Of a DNA stretch of 64,000 bases, positions 25,406 through 38,277 are shown one piece after another. The position numbers were made by a program, and so were the translations under genes. The notes below the pieces were generated by a model. The model was not told the origin of the DNA, ran no database searches, and was given only the letters and a program-made list of their open reading frames with translations. The stretch's first letter is position 1, and every line of letters starts with the position of its first letter. The DNA comes from Lama guanicoe (lineage: Eukaryota): the NCBI GenBank assembly GCA_013239625.1, contig MU053487.1, forward strand, positions 186,001-250,000, in the 5' to 3' direction.

Positions 25406-26569
25406 AATGATTCTTTCAAAAAATTCTTAGCACAACCTGGAATTGTGCTTACTCATAATGAGATGTGATTATCACATTCATTTGATTATAATTAGCAACA
25501 CACCCTATCCGGCCAAGTGCTTGCCCACCTCTTGCTGGACAGCCATTATTCATTGGAAATGTTATCAATCCACTGCTAAGGACATGTGCTTTGAGGTTTT
25601 CTGGAGACAGGACATAATTAAAACCTCAGTATCCTTACCCTTGTGGCCTCTAGTTGGCTAAGTTAGGACCCACACTGCCCCTTAGAACCTTAGAACAGAC
25701 TCTGCCCCTCGCAGACCTAAGCATTACCACAGTGTATGTCAATCGCAGGCTTCCGGTAGGAAGGTGCAATATATAGTGATTGTAGACAGAATTTGTAATT
25801 GAAACGTCTGCTACACCATTGCTAAGAAAATCGATTCATGACATTTTTTTAAGGATCAAAACACTCCTTTTAAATGTTATGGGACAAAGAGGTCTTTTTT
25901 AATCAAGAAATTGAGATCATCAGACCAAATTTTTTGCTACTTCCAAAGCTTAGCAATAAACCAGTGAAATGGATTGATTCTGTTTTAACAGTGAACTTAA
26001 ATGTACCAAAGAGGTCCTAAGATAACTTTTTATGAGAGAGAACATAAGTGGTTCCATTAAAGAAATGAAAATTAATGTGAAGATGTAGATTGTCAGTTTG
26101 GAATATAAAAGAAACATACCCTTATCTTGGCACTTGGAGTAAAGCCATGTCTAACAGAACTCTCCTCTAAGGCTAAGAATGTTCACTGGTTTACTATACG
26201 TTTTAGAGCAGAAACCTCTATTACATCTACGTAAGTTTTTAATGTGTGAGACCAGATCACTGTGAAAAATGCTGATAAGCATAATCACAGAATTATGACT
26301 CAGACAGAATTTTGTTGTGCCTTCAGTTTTCTGTTGCAATCACCTGTGGCCAGCCTTGGGATCCACTCTGCCCCTGCATGTGTGTTGTTGTTTTGGTGTG
26401 AGGATGAGTATTTGCATATTGTGTTTACTGACCCTCTTCTGTACTAGGTATGGATTTAGGCCCTGGAGCTACATGGTCATCAGAATAGATTAAATCCCAG
26501 TGCTAGTGGATCTTGCATGTATCTTCTCTCTAACTCCTGCTCCATCATTGCATGTGAAGTCCTCTGGAT

Positions 26570-29500
26570 GTTTAATAGCCTTGTTGAGATATAACTGAGA
26601 TACAGTAAACTGTGCATCTGTAGGGCATGCAGTTTGATCAATTTTGGCATATGAATATACCCATGAAACTAACTCTGTAATCAAGGTAATGAACGTACTC
26701 ATGTCACACACACATTTCCTCATGTACCTGTGTAAGCCCTTCCTCCTCCTTCCTCCTTCCCCGTCTCTGCTTCATCACTAGGCACCCGCTGATCTGCTTT
26801 CTGTCACCTTAGGTTAGTTTGCATTTTTGAAAATGTTATATGTAATTACATAGTATGTACTCCTTTTTTCCTGGCCTCTTTCATGTAACATAATTGTTTT
26901 GAGAGTCATCCATGTCGTGTGTATCAGTGGTTCATTCCTTTTTATTGAGAGGTAATAGTCCATTGTATGGATGTACTACAATTTACTTATTCATTCATCC
27001 GTTCGTGGACATTGAATTCTTTCCAGTTTTCACCCATTACATGTAAAGCTTCTATAAAGATTTTTGTGCAAGACTTTGTATGTCATATGTTTTCATTTTT
27101 CTTGGGTGAATACCTAGGAGCGGAATGGCTAGATCATTTCGTAAGTGCATGTTTAACTTCTTAAGAAACTTCCAAAGTGTTTCCCAAAATGGTTGTACCA
27201 TTTTACATTCTCACCAGAAATGTGTGATACTTCCAATTCCTCCACATCTTTGCCAATCTTTGGTGGGTCAGTCTCTTTAATTCTAGCCATTGTAATAGAT
27301 GTGTGTAGTGGTACCCCATTGTGATTTTGATTTGCCTTTCTCTACTGACTAATGCTGTTGATTGTCTTTTTTATTTATTTTTTGCTATCTATTTATTTTT
27401 TTCGCTGAAACATCTATTCAAAGGTTTGTTTCTTGTTGTTTTTGCCTTTTTTTCATTAGATTGTTGTCTTACTGAATTTTGGGAGTTCTTAGTATGTTCT
27501 GGGTACACGTCTTCTATCAGATACGTGTTTTGCAAATATTTTTTCCCAGACTGTGATTTACCTTTTTATTATCTTAACTATCTTTTAAAGTTTTTCATTT
27601 TTTGACAATTAATTTTGGGGGTTTTTTTGCTTTTTTTTCCTCTTGTTTTATGAAGGGGAGATAATTTGGTTTATTTATTTATTTGTATTTGGAGGAGGTG
27701 CTGAGGACTGAACCCAGGATCGTGTGCATGCTAAGCATGCTCTCTACCACGTGAGCTATACCCTCCCCTGAAGTTTTTCATTTTAATGAAGTTCAGTTTA
27801 TCAGTTTTTTTCTTTTAAGAATCATACTTTTGCTGTTACCTAAGAGATCTTTGCCTAATCCAAGGTCATGAAGATTTCCTATGTTTCTGCAAGTTCTGTA
27901 GTTTAGACCTGTGATCCATTTTGAGTTGATTTTTGTATATGGTGTGAGGTATGGATATTCATTTTTGCCTTTGATGTTTGGTTGTCCTAGTACCATATGT
28001 TGAAATGACTACCCTTTCCCACTGAACTGCCTTTACACCTTTGTTGAAAATCAGTTGTCCAAATAATTGTGGAACTATTTTTGTACTCTCAATATTTTCC
28101 GCTGATTTATTTGTCTATCTTTACACCAAACCACACTGTCTTCATAACTGTAGCTTTATAATAAGTCTTGAAGTCAGATTCTGTTAGTCCTCTACCTTTT
28201 TTCCTTTCCAAAGTTGTTTTAACTGTACTAGATTTATTTCTTTTCTATTTAAATTATAGAATCATCTTGTCAGTTTCTACAAAAATGCTTGCTGGGCTCT
28301 TGACTAGGATGACAGTGAATACATAGATCAGTTTTGGGGAGAATTGACATCTTAATATTATTGATCCTTCCAGCCCTTGATCATGGTATCTCTCCATATA
28401 CTGAGGTGTTTTTAAATTCCCCTCAGTATGTTTTGTTGTTTTCAGTGTACAGATTGTGCACATATTTTGTCACATTTATCCCTAAGTGTTATGAAATGTT
28501 ATTGTAAATGGTATTATTTTCTTATTTCAATTTTTGATTGATCATGTGGATAAATAGAAATACTATTGATTTTTGTACATTAATCTTTTATCATGCAACC
28601 TGAATAGACTCATACTAGTTTTCGTAGATTTTTTTGTTGATTCCTTTGGATTTTGGGTGTTGGCAGTCTTGTCACCTGTAAATAAAGATAGTTTTTCTTC
28701 TTTGTTTTCAATCAGTAACTTTTCTTATTCTTGCCTGATTGCACTGGTTAGACTCTCTAGTACAGTACTGAATAGAAATGATGAAAATAGACATTCTAGT
28801 CAGTTCTCTGTCTTAGGGAAAAAGCATTCAAGTATGATGGCAACTGTAGATTTTTTGATATCATCAAATTAAAGAAATTTCCTTCTATTCCTAGTTTGCT
28901 GAGGGTTTTTTATATTAAGAGTGGATGCTAGACTTTGCCAAGTTGCTTTTTCTGCATATTTTTGATCATCATGTTTTTTCTTATTTAATTTGTTAGTTTG
29001 GTGAATTACATTGGTTAATTTTTGAATGTTAAACAAACCTTCAATCCTTCAGATAAATCCCTCAAAATTTGTCATGTATTATATTTTTTACATATTGTTG
29101 GAATCTATTTGCTAACATTTTGTTAAATTTTTTTACATCTATGTTCATGAGAGATATTATTCTATGGTTTTCTTGTAATATTTTTGTCTGGTTTACATAT
29201 GAAGGTAATACTGGTCTCATAGAATGAATTGAAATGTATTTCCTTCTCTTCAATTTTTTGGAAGAGTTTATGTAGCTTTTTTTTTTTTTCCTTAAGTGTT
29301 AGATAAAACTCACCATTGAGGCCATCTGTGTCTGCATGTTTCTTTTGTGGAATGGTTTTAAGATGAATTCTATTTCCTTAGTGTATATAGAACTCTAGGT
29401 TTTCTGTTCCTTCTTGGATAAGCTTTGGTAAGGTTTTTGCTTTTCAAAGATTTTTGTCCATTTCACCTAAGTTCTTGAATTTATTGGTATAAAGTTGTTT

Positions 29501-32500
29501 ATAATACTTATTATCATTTTAATATCTGTAAAATCAGTGACATGTCCCTTCATTTCTGATTTTTGGTAATGTTTTTATATATATGAAATTTTTTAAATTT
29601 ACATATATATGGAGTTGCCATATCTAATAAAAATCACAATGACTGTACAGTATCTATTATCATATATATATATTCTTTGAATTTTAATTGACACTACACC
29701 AATTTTCAAAGACTAAAGACTGAATTTCTCTGATATTAGTAATTTTTGTCTTTTTTTTCCTGGTCAGTCTAGCTAGAGGCTTATTAATTTTATTGATATT
29801 CTCAAAGAAGCAACTTTTGACTTCATTGATTTCTTAAAAAATTATTTTTCTGGTTTCTGCTTTATTGATTTCTGCTCTGGTCTTTAATATTTCCTTTATT
29901 TCCTTTGGGTTTCATTTGGTCTTCTTTTTTCTAGTTTAAGATGGAAGCTAAAGTCATTGATTGACCTTTTTTTCTTTACTAATATAGGTTAGTGCTTAAA
30001 TTTCTCCTGAAGTACTGATTTAGTGGCATTTCACAAATTCTAATGCTGTGTTTACATTTTCATTCAGTTCAAAATGCATTCTATTTCCATTTTATTTCTT
30101 CCTTTATCCATGGGTTATTTAGAAGTGTATTATTTAGTTTCCTAATATTTGGGCATTTTCCAGATTTTTATGTTATTGACTACTAATTTAATTACATTGT
30201 GAGCAGAGAATATACATTATATGACTTTTAATTTTAATTGAGACTTGTTTTGTTGCCAAGAATACATGATCTATCTTGGCAAACATTTCATGTGCACTTA
30301 AAAAGAATGTGTATTCTGCTGTTGTTGGGTGGAGTGTTCTATAAATACAAATTAGGGCAGGTTGATTTGAGAGTATTGAGCCAGTCTTTATATCTTCACT
30401 GATTTGCTGACTTCTTATTTGATCAAATATTGAGAAAAGTGTGTTGAAATCCACGCCTATATCTTGGATTTGTCTGTTGCTCCTTGCAGCTCTATCAGTT
30501 TCTTTCTTCGTGTATTTTGAAGTTCTGTTATTAGGTCTATGAACATTTAGGATTGCTGTGTCTTTGTGATGAATTGGCCAGTTTGTCATTATCATGCGGC
30601 CTTCTTTTTATCCCTGGTAATACTCTTTGCTCTGAGGTCTGCTTTGATACAGTACAGCCACTCCAGCTTTCTTTTGATGGCGTTGGCATGGTATGTTTTC
30701 CCATTCTTTTACTTCGAATTTTTGATTTGTATCTTTATATTTAAAAGTGGTTTCTCTTAGGCAGTATATAGTTGGGTGTTGCTTTTTTGATCCTTTATGA
30801 CATTTCTGACTTTTAATTTGGGTATTTAGGTAACTTACATTTAATGCGATTATTGACATGGTGTGGTTAGTTTTACACTCTTGTCTTGTTGTTTGTCTTC
30901 TGTTTGCCCCATGCGTTCATTCTTGCCCTTTTCCTCTTTTTTGCCTTCATTTAGACTGAGTATATTTTACAATTCCATTTTGTATCTTTTTTTGCCTAAC
31001 AGCTGTAACTCATTATTTTGTAATTTTAGTGGTTGCTTTTGAGTTTGTAGTATACATTTAAGTTACTTATCTCTACCTTCAAAAATTACATTATATTACA
31101 TTTCACTTGCATTTTTCATCACTCAGCCTTTATGCTGTTGTTATCACACATTTTAATTCCAAATACGATATAAACTCCAGACTAGGTTATTAGTATTTTT
31201 AACAGTCGATTATTTTAAAAGAGATTTGAATAACTAAACAGTTGGCTTTATATACTCAAGTACTTACTGTTTCCAGTGTTCGGCATTCCTTTGTGTAGAC
31301 ACGCGTTTTCATCTCGGATCACTTTTCTTCTGCTGAAGAAAGTGCTTTGCCTTTCTTGTGCTGCACATCTGCTGAACTCTTTCAGCTCTTCTATGTCTGA
31401 AAGAAGGCTTTTTTTCCCTTCAGTTTTGAAACATACTTTTGCTGAAGATAGAACTCTCTGTTGACAGCTTTTTTGTTTTCAGGGTTTTGAAGGTGCAGCT
31501 GCTGTTCTCTGGCTTTCTTGTTGTCAGTGAGAAACCCTCGGCACCTCTGCTGTGTGCCCTGTTCATCGCGTGTCTTCCCTCTGGCTGCTTTTCGGTCACT
31601 GATTCTGGCCAGTTTGGTCATGATAAGCCTGGTTGGGGTTTCCTTCATGTTTCTTGTGCTTGGAATTCTTTGAGTTTCTTGGATTTGTAGTTTTATGGTT
31701 TTCCAAGAGCTTTGGAAAATGTGTGGCCATTGCTTCAGATAACACCCCTCCCTCCGCCATTTGCTGTCCTTTAGGGGGCTCCAGTCACACTCGATCAGGT
31801 GGCTGGAAGCTGCCACTCAGTTTATTCACGTTCTGTTCTTTCCATGCTTCATTTTGGATCATTTCTATTACCGTGTCTTTAGGTTCACTGATCTTTTTTT
31901 TCCACAACGGCTAATCTGCCGTTAATTCCATCCAGTAAATTTTCATTTCAGCCATATGGTTTTCATAGCTAAGAGTTTGTGCCTTTAAAAGATATCTTTC
32001 ATGTCTGTACATCACCTGTGTAATAAGTGTAATAAACATAATGTGTTTACCCTTCACTCTGGCTTCACAGAACCTTGCTCTCCAGAACACGGCTGTGATA
32101 ACCTGTGATGCCTTTGCCTGCTCTTTCTAATATCTGCGTCAGTCCTGGGTCAGCTTTGATAGACTGAACTTTTCTCCTCTTAAATGGAGATGTTTTCCTC
32201 CTTCTTTGAATGGATGCTAATTTTTATTCAATGCCAGACATCATGAATTTTACTTTGGGTGCAGAATTTTTTTGTATTCCTATAAACACACTTGAGTTTT
32301 GTTCTGGGATGCAGCTGAGTTACTTGGGCGTAGTTCCTTTGAGATTTTTTTTAATTTGTTAGGTTGACCTAGGGAAGCGTTTAGTCTAGGGATGATTGTA
32401 CTCCACTCTGAAAGTCCACAGTTTGTGACCGTTTTCACCACTGGCTGGTGGGAATGAGCACCGCTCCTGGCCCTGGGTGAGCTCTGGCTGTGGGTGCCTT

Positions 32501-32730
32501 GAAGGCTTCTTGTTGGGTCTTCCCCTGGCTTTGGGGGGTTCCGTCCCACGCACACTCTGCTCAGTCCTCTGCGGAATTCTCGAGGGGCCCCCTGCAGATC
32601 TCTGAGGTTCTCTCCACTCTAATCCTCCTCTCTGCTAACTCTGACTGCCTTGGTCAGACTTTTAACTCCAAATCCTCCTCTCAGGGAGCCCGCCAGGCTC
32701 CAGCTCAGGTCCCCTGCCCTGTGCTGTAGC
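26570..32730 (-). mobile_element. Old near-full-length L1 (3' UTR, ORF2, ORF1, 5' region), decayed
   Basis: [23 protein letters not shown] (RT), IYRTLHPTTAEYTFF / TIYCLRET (EN), LQIQETQRIP (ORF1) in the expected order on -. Confidence 0.9.
27604..27768 (-). mobile_element. Vic-1-like SINE nested in L1
   Basis: TSD aagtttttcatttt at 27588-27601 and 27771-27784. Confidence 0.9.
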
Positions 32731-33244
32731 AGGACAGAGGAGCGGGGGAGAGGGACGCATGGTTTGGGGCCAGGTTTGGAGCCCTTTAGGGACTGCATGG
32801 GAGAAGCAGGGTTCAGTCCTGTATGTTGAAGCTGTATTTCAGGAGCCTGCAGGTGCCCTGAGCCATGCTGCTGAGCATGTTAAGGAGTCAGTGGCAAATA
32901 AGGGCGAAGAAGTGTGACTTTCTGCTTCTGGCCTTGCTGCCAACCCACAAATCATTGAGGACATTGCCCTTCATGACTCAGTGTCCTCACCAGGAATTGG
33001 ACGGTTCTTGATACTGATCAGCTGCTGAGCCTATAGGTGGTCAGAGATGGTTTCTCCAGAAAGGCCCTGGTGTTACCAAGTGACAGCATGTGGCACAGTA
33101 CAAGGCTCAGAAGACTCGGCCCCCTTGCTTCCAACTGAGTTTTCTATAGAGGAGAAGGAACGGGGAGCCAGACCTCTATTCTCACATGACCTCCAAGGTC
33201 TGAGTGAAAAAGAGTTTCAACTGATACGTAGTCAGTCATGGGCT

Positions 33245-33405
33245 TTGCTTCTCAAAGATGGTCCCCGGAGTAGCAGCACTGGCATCACCTGGGAGCTTCT
33301 TAGAAATGCAAACTACGCGGCAGTTTGCCCAGGCCCGCCACCAGAGTGCAGTGTGACAGCAACCCCGGCCGCTTTGTGTGCACATTAAAGTCTGAGCAGC
33401 ACTAG
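33245..33405. mobile_element. MER5A-like DNA transposon
   Basis: ttctcaaag...cagcactggcatcacctgggagctt.ttagaaatgcaa...aaagtctgagcagcact. Confidence 0.75.
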
Positions 33406-33529
33406 GAGCTGTAGTCAGCACTTACATATTATCCACTTGAAACCTTAAGAGAGTAGCTCTCAAGCAAAGTGTCCTTTCCACAATAGAATAAAAATTTGAG
33501 GAGCCTGTTGTAAATGTGAATGGTGACGC

Positions 33530-33543
33530 CTGCCCTCTAGTGG
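33530..33543 (-). promoter_or_regulatory. CTCF core motif
   Basis: Minus strand CCACTAGAGGGCAG matches CCASYAGRKGGCRS at 14/14. Confidence 0.6.
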
Positions 33544-33589
33544 CTGCCCAGCCACTTGCAAGGAGTTTTGAAATGTTCTCTCATTTTAG

Positions 33590-33658
33590 GACCTTTGCGC
33601 AGAACTGCCGAAACATTGAACACTTAAACCTGAACGGGTGCACAAAAATCACTGACAG
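33590..33658 (+). CDS. FBXL2: FBXL2 exon 6 (TFAQNCRNIEHLNLNGCTKITD-S; LRR)
   Basis: ttttag|GACCTT...GACAG|gtaggt; 69 nt. Confidence 0.96.
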
Positions 33659-33757
33659 GTAGGTAAGGAAGGTTAGTTTGGGACTCACTGGCCATGGGAG
33701 AGTCAGGGGGAGAGAAAGGTGGTTGAAGATACCTTTAGTGCGCCTGCTCTTTTTCAG

Positions 33758-33853
33758 CACGTGTTACAGCCTTAGCAGGTTCTGTTCCAAGCTGAAACAT
33801 CTGGATCTGACCTCCTGCGTGTCCATTACCAACAGCTCCTTAAAGGGGATCAG
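33758..33853 (+). CDS. FBXL2: FBXL2 exon 7 (TCYSLSRFCSKLKHLDLTSCVSITNSSLKGI-S)
   Basis: tttcag|CACGTG...ATCAG|gtaaga; 96 nt. Confidence 0.96.
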
Positions 33854-34070
33854 GTAAGAGTCCCTGCTGGCGGTGGTCGTGTTGGCTGGGAAATGGCTGT
33901 GAACATTCCAATGTGTCTGAAGCCTTCCTGACAATCCCATTGGAGCAGGAAGTGGGCGACTCCGGTCACAGAGGTCTCTGTCCCCCGAACGGCTTGTGAG
34001 CTACTCAGAGCTGGTCACGAGCTCTCCGCGGGTGGGCTGCGTGTGCGTGACTTGTTCCCTGTCCCCCCAG

Positions 34071-34197
34071 CGAGGGCTGCCGGAGCCTGGAGTACCTGAA
34101 CCTGTCGTGGTGCGATCAGATCACCAAGGACGGCATCGAGGCCCTGGTGCGAGGCTGTCGCGGCCTGAAAGCTCTGCTCCTGAGGGGCTGCACCCAG
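34071..34197 (+). CDS. FBXL2: FBXL2 exon 8 (EGCRSLEYLNLSWCDQITKDGIEALVRGCRGLKALLLRGCTQ)
   Basis: ccccag|CGAGGG...ACCCAG|gtaccg; 127 nt. Confidence 0.96.
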
Positions 34198-34319
34198 GTA
34201 CCGGGGTCCATGCAGCCTGCTCACCTGATGCGCATCTGGGGTGCACTTCACTGGGGAGCCTGCTGCCCTCTCTTCCCTCACCGGGGTCCAACTGTCTTTT
34301 GCTTTCTCCATTCCCTCAG

Positions 34320-34394
34320 TTAGAAGATGAAGCTCTGAAACACATTCAGAACTACTGCCATGAGCTTGTGAGCCTCAACTTACAGTCCTGCTCA
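34320..34394 (+). CDS. FBXL2: FBXL2 exon 9 (LEDEALKHIQNYCHELVSLNLQSCS)
   Basis: cctcag|TTAGAA...TGCTCA|gtaagt; 75 nt. Confidence 0.96.
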
Positions 34395-34659
34395 GTAAGT
34401 AGCGTGCCTGCCCTGTGAGCTCCCACCTGCTCCGTGTTCTCTCCCGCAGGAATCGGCTGGGACCGCTGTGAACGCCCCAGGCAGGGAGGGTGGTTGCCAC
34501 ACCCCAACTTCACGCCCCGTGTCCCTTATGATCTACCAGTTTGCCGAGATGAGAGCAACAATCTAAACAAAAAGGCCAATACAGAGCCATTAACGTTTCC
34601 CCTAAAAGGATCATAGCTCAGGGTCTTGGTTCATTTTACGGTATCAGGAGTGCTGTGAA

Positions 34660-34800
34660 CTAACCTGCACAATTCCTGGCAAGGTCTCAGTGTCTTGTCT
34701 TTACTTGTAAGCTGGGGATGAGGACACCTCTCACGTTGTCTCAGTGGCTAAAATGAAATAACAGGTATGAAAATGCTTTGAAAAGTAAAAGGCATGTTCA
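34660..34800 (+). mobile_element. MIR
   Basis: ggcaag.tctcagtgtc...tgtaagctggggatg...aaatgaaataac...aaatgctttgaaaag. Confidence 0.6.
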
Positions 34801-35074
34801 AGAGCAAGGTGTGGTTTTCACCAGCAAGTTATTAGCCTGTCTTCACTGCCGCCTAAGTCCTGGTAACGGAGGCTGCTTGCTGCATCCTCCAGGGCTTCTC
34901 ATGGGGAACGTCAGTTTTGAGAGAAGAGAAATTCCTTGCATTTGTCATCTAGCATTTGTCATCTAGTGAGTGAATCATAAATCTTTAAGTCCTTGATGGT
35001 GGGAAATGAAACAAACTGTCTTCTGAGCAAATATTGACCACATGGGACTGCACTGTTCAAACGCAGAGCACACG

Positions 35075-35200
35075 GAGCTGTGATGAAAAATAATGTGAGA
35101 AAGAATTTGTATATATTTATATGTGTAATCACTGAATCACTGTGCTGTACAGCAGAAACTACTACAGCATTGTAAATCAACTATACTTCAATTTAAAAAA
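35075..35200 (+). mobile_element. L1 3' terminal fragment
   Basis: actgaatcactgtgctgtacagcagaaact...tgtaaatcaactatacttcaattaaaaaa-like end, same family as 59954-60136. Confidence 0.8.
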
Positions 35201-35206
35201 TGGGAC

Positions 35207-35393
35207 GGGGGAGGGTGCAGCTCAGTGGTAGAGTGTGTGCTTCGCATGCACGAGGGACTGGGTTCAATCCCTGGTACCTCCATTAAAATAAGTAACTTAA
35301 CCTTGTTACCTGCCCCCCCAAAAGCCCTTATTCAAAATAAATAAATGAATAAATTAAAAAATTTAAATGAGAAAGAAAAACAAAACAAAAACA
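35207..35393 (+). mobile_element. Vic-1-like SINE inserted at the L1 tail
   Basis: A/B boxes; TSD aaaat(g/a)ggac at 35197-35206 and 35394-35403. Confidence 0.88.
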
Positions 35394-36012
35394 AAAATAG
35401 GACTTTGAATTGTTTGTAGGACAGCACTGGCAGGCGACTTGAATATAAATGTAGATGTTTAATTCTACACAAATTAGTATATTTAAATAACGTTACTAGT
35501 TTGAATCTTCTTGGCTAAATTCATAGCATTCTGAGCCACTTATCAATAGTTTAGTGCTTCATCTCACTATTTTCTAAAACATTTCAGGAAATATGATAAA
35601 TATACACATGTCTGCTCTGCTTTATACGGTAGAGAGCTAAAGCATTAATCTGTAGAAATTCAACCAAAAATTAATGTGTCACTTAAGCAGGCAAGCTTTG
35701 CCAGCTCTTGGTTAAGTCTGATTTTTTAACACAAGTTAATGGTTTTTCCCTGGAAAAAAAAATCAAATGACTCTCAGGAGGAAGATGGGATTGTAACATT
35801 TCACTCTGAGAGTCATGCTAGGGTGGTTTACAGCTGTGCAGAGGGAACGCAATACGTGTCTGCCCTGCCCTGCGCCCTGTGTTGTTTCAGTGATCAGGAT
35901 GAATCGCCGGTAACTGGCAGCCCAGACGGCTGGCCGCTCGGTGCACCCCGTGTCCGCTGCTCCGGGTTCAGCGCTGCCGCCTCTGACACTCGTTTCTGTT
36001 CGGTTTCCGCAG

Positions 36013-36143
36013 CGCGTGACGGACGAAGGCGTGGTGCAGATATGCAGAGGCTGCCCCCGGCTGCAGGCCCTCTGCCTCTCGGGCTGCGGCAACCTCACCG
36101 ACGCCTCCCTCACCGCCCTGGCTTTGAACTGCCCGAGACTCCA
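36013..36143 (+). CDS. FBXL2: FBXL2 exon 10 (RVTDEGVVQICRGCPRLQALCLSGCGNLTDASLTALALNCPRL-Q)
   Basis: ccgcag|CGCGTG...CTCCA|gtgagt; 131 nt. Confidence 0.96.
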
Positions 36144-36619
36144 GTGAGTGCGCCGCGCCTTTGGCTTTGGGGCTCAGAGCAGAACTGGCGGGCTTCCTGC
36201 AGGAGGGGACAGGCTGGCCAGCAGGCAGAACAGGCGGTGGTGGCGGCAGTGGTTGTGTTGTTGGCTTTTGTCCGATGGAGTGGGGGACAGTGTGTGGTCG
36301 AGTTCATTGAGGGGTGAGTGGGGAGCCCCACCACCAGGGAATCCCAGCCTTAACTTCTCGACGGACTTCCCTCATTTGCCTGCCTGATTGGTTAATACTT
36401 TGACATCTGGGTGATCTTACAGTGACAGAGTGATAGCCTCACATCCACGTGTCACCAGGTTCTCTTCTAAACCAGCTGCTAAATGAACAGAAGGGGGAAA
36501 AATCACAGCTGCCTTATTTATCATTTCTCACCTAGGCATGAAGAAATGTTCTGTTTCAACAAGTAATAATTTATTTTCTGATTTTCCACATGATATTGTG
36601 CATATTAATACTTTAATAA

Positions 36620-36870
36620 TGGCAACAAATACTAATCATGGTTAACATGAGTTGAACTCTTGACACTTCCAGGCTCTTTGTTAGACACTTTCAGGAGCGC
36701 TGCCTCCCTTACTCCTCACCGCCCTCTGTGAGGCAGGGACTGTTCCCCTCTTGCAGAGGAAAACCTGAGACTCTAAGAAAATCACATAATTTATCCTGGG
36801 TCACATGGTGAGTTAGAAGTAAAACTCGAATTTGAACTTAGAGAGTTTGACTTCAGAACCAGCAGTCTTA
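36620..36870 (-). mobile_element. MIR
   Basis: actcctcac..ccctctgtgaggcaggga...gaggaaaacctgagactc...ggtcaca...aatttgaactt. Confidence 0.7.
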
Positions 36871-37251
36871 ACCCCAAACAGGCAGAAAGGGGAGGCTTGT
36901 CTTGTTACTCTTTACTTAGCAGTGAACTGATCCACTTTTCATATTTACACCAGTTACGTATCTTTTAATGATTGTCTGTTTGCCTTTTCCCCGTTTTTCT
37001 GACTATTCTGTTAGGGAAGATTTTAGATAATCTTGATATTTCTGCATAGTAGAAGGAGTCTGGATGATCAAAACTGGTGAAAAAGTAGGTCAGAGTTACT
37101 GCTATGAGGGAGCAATTTAATTCGGAAATGTTATTTAAGCATCCACCCTGGTAAGCATGGGTGTTTTCATTGGCTGCAAATTTTTATAGTTTCCTTCAGG
37201 ACAACTGTGAACTTCAGTAAACGCAGTATGTATCAAGGTAATTTTGTTGAC

Positions 37252-37384
37252 GGGGGAGGGTAGAGCTCAGTGGTAGAGCACATGCCTAGCGTGCACTAGG
37301 TCCTGGGTTCCATCCCAGCACCTCCATGAAAAGTAAATAAACCTGATTACCTCCCCCTGTGGGGGGCAGAAATGGGAACAAGAG
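37252..37384 (+). mobile_element. Vic-1-like SINE
   Basis: A/B boxes; TSD aattttgttga at 37240-37250 and 37385-37395. Confidence 0.88.
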
Positions 37385-37651
37385 AATTTTGTTGAGTAAA
37401 AGTACGTTTTAATTGTGCTTAAAGGTCAAAAATATTGGAGTAATACTTAAAAGCAACAGCAGCCACGTGCTGGTATTGTAGGAAGATTTTGGCCGTATTG
37501 CCTGAGTTTGGGTCGGGACTTCGCGACTGGGGCCGGTGGTGGCCCTCCCTCAGCCTCGTTTTTGTGTTAGGACAAACTCGAGAGTGCACGGCAGAGGGCG
37601 CTCTCCCCTCGCTAACCTGTCCTGCTGCTTCTCCTTGTGCCTCTTACCCAG

Positions 37652-37712
37652 GATTTTGGAGGCTGCCCGATGTTCCCACTTGACTGACGCAGGTTTTACG
37701 CTTTTAGCTCGG
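37652..37712 (+). CDS. FBXL2: FBXL2 exon 11 (ILEAARCSHLTDAGFTLLAR)
   Basis: acccag|GATTTT...GCTCGG|gtaaga; 61 nt. Confidence 0.96.
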
Positions 37713-38277
37713 GTAAGAGAGAGGTTTCACCAAACCAAAGCGAACTGCAGCTCACCTCCCTCATTCAGAGTAACCTGGGGTGGTCCTGGAGGCTGCAGGA
37801 GGCTCCTTCAGAAATGACAGGCACCAAGTGGAGCAGAGTCATCGGGGTGCGCTGGCCTTTTCTGCACTTGGCCAGAGAGCTGGGGAGGCCCAAGGGAGGG
37901 CTCAGCAGCGGTCTGGGCCGCGCTGTCACTTGGTCGGGGGGGCCCCCATGAAGGAGCCGCTGCCTGGCGAGCACCCCACCTTGTGCCCGCCCAGGGTCTG
38001 TTCTGTGGCTCAATGTACGTGCTGTTACCAGGAGCCACTGGGAAGGTGCAGGAAGTGCCTTTGCAGGACAAGAGAAGGAAACGCAGCCCTAACTCCCATT
38101 TCTAAAGTGAATATGATTCCAAGGGCACCTGCTCCGCGACGTGCTGGCTCACTGGGGCCCTTAGGACCAGGGCACGTTCCTGGATGGGAGGAGATGAGGA
38201 TACTGGGCTGGTGCTTGGGGGGACAGGCCCCATTGTCGCCCCAGCTGCTGACCGGGGTGTCTGATGGACTCTTACAG

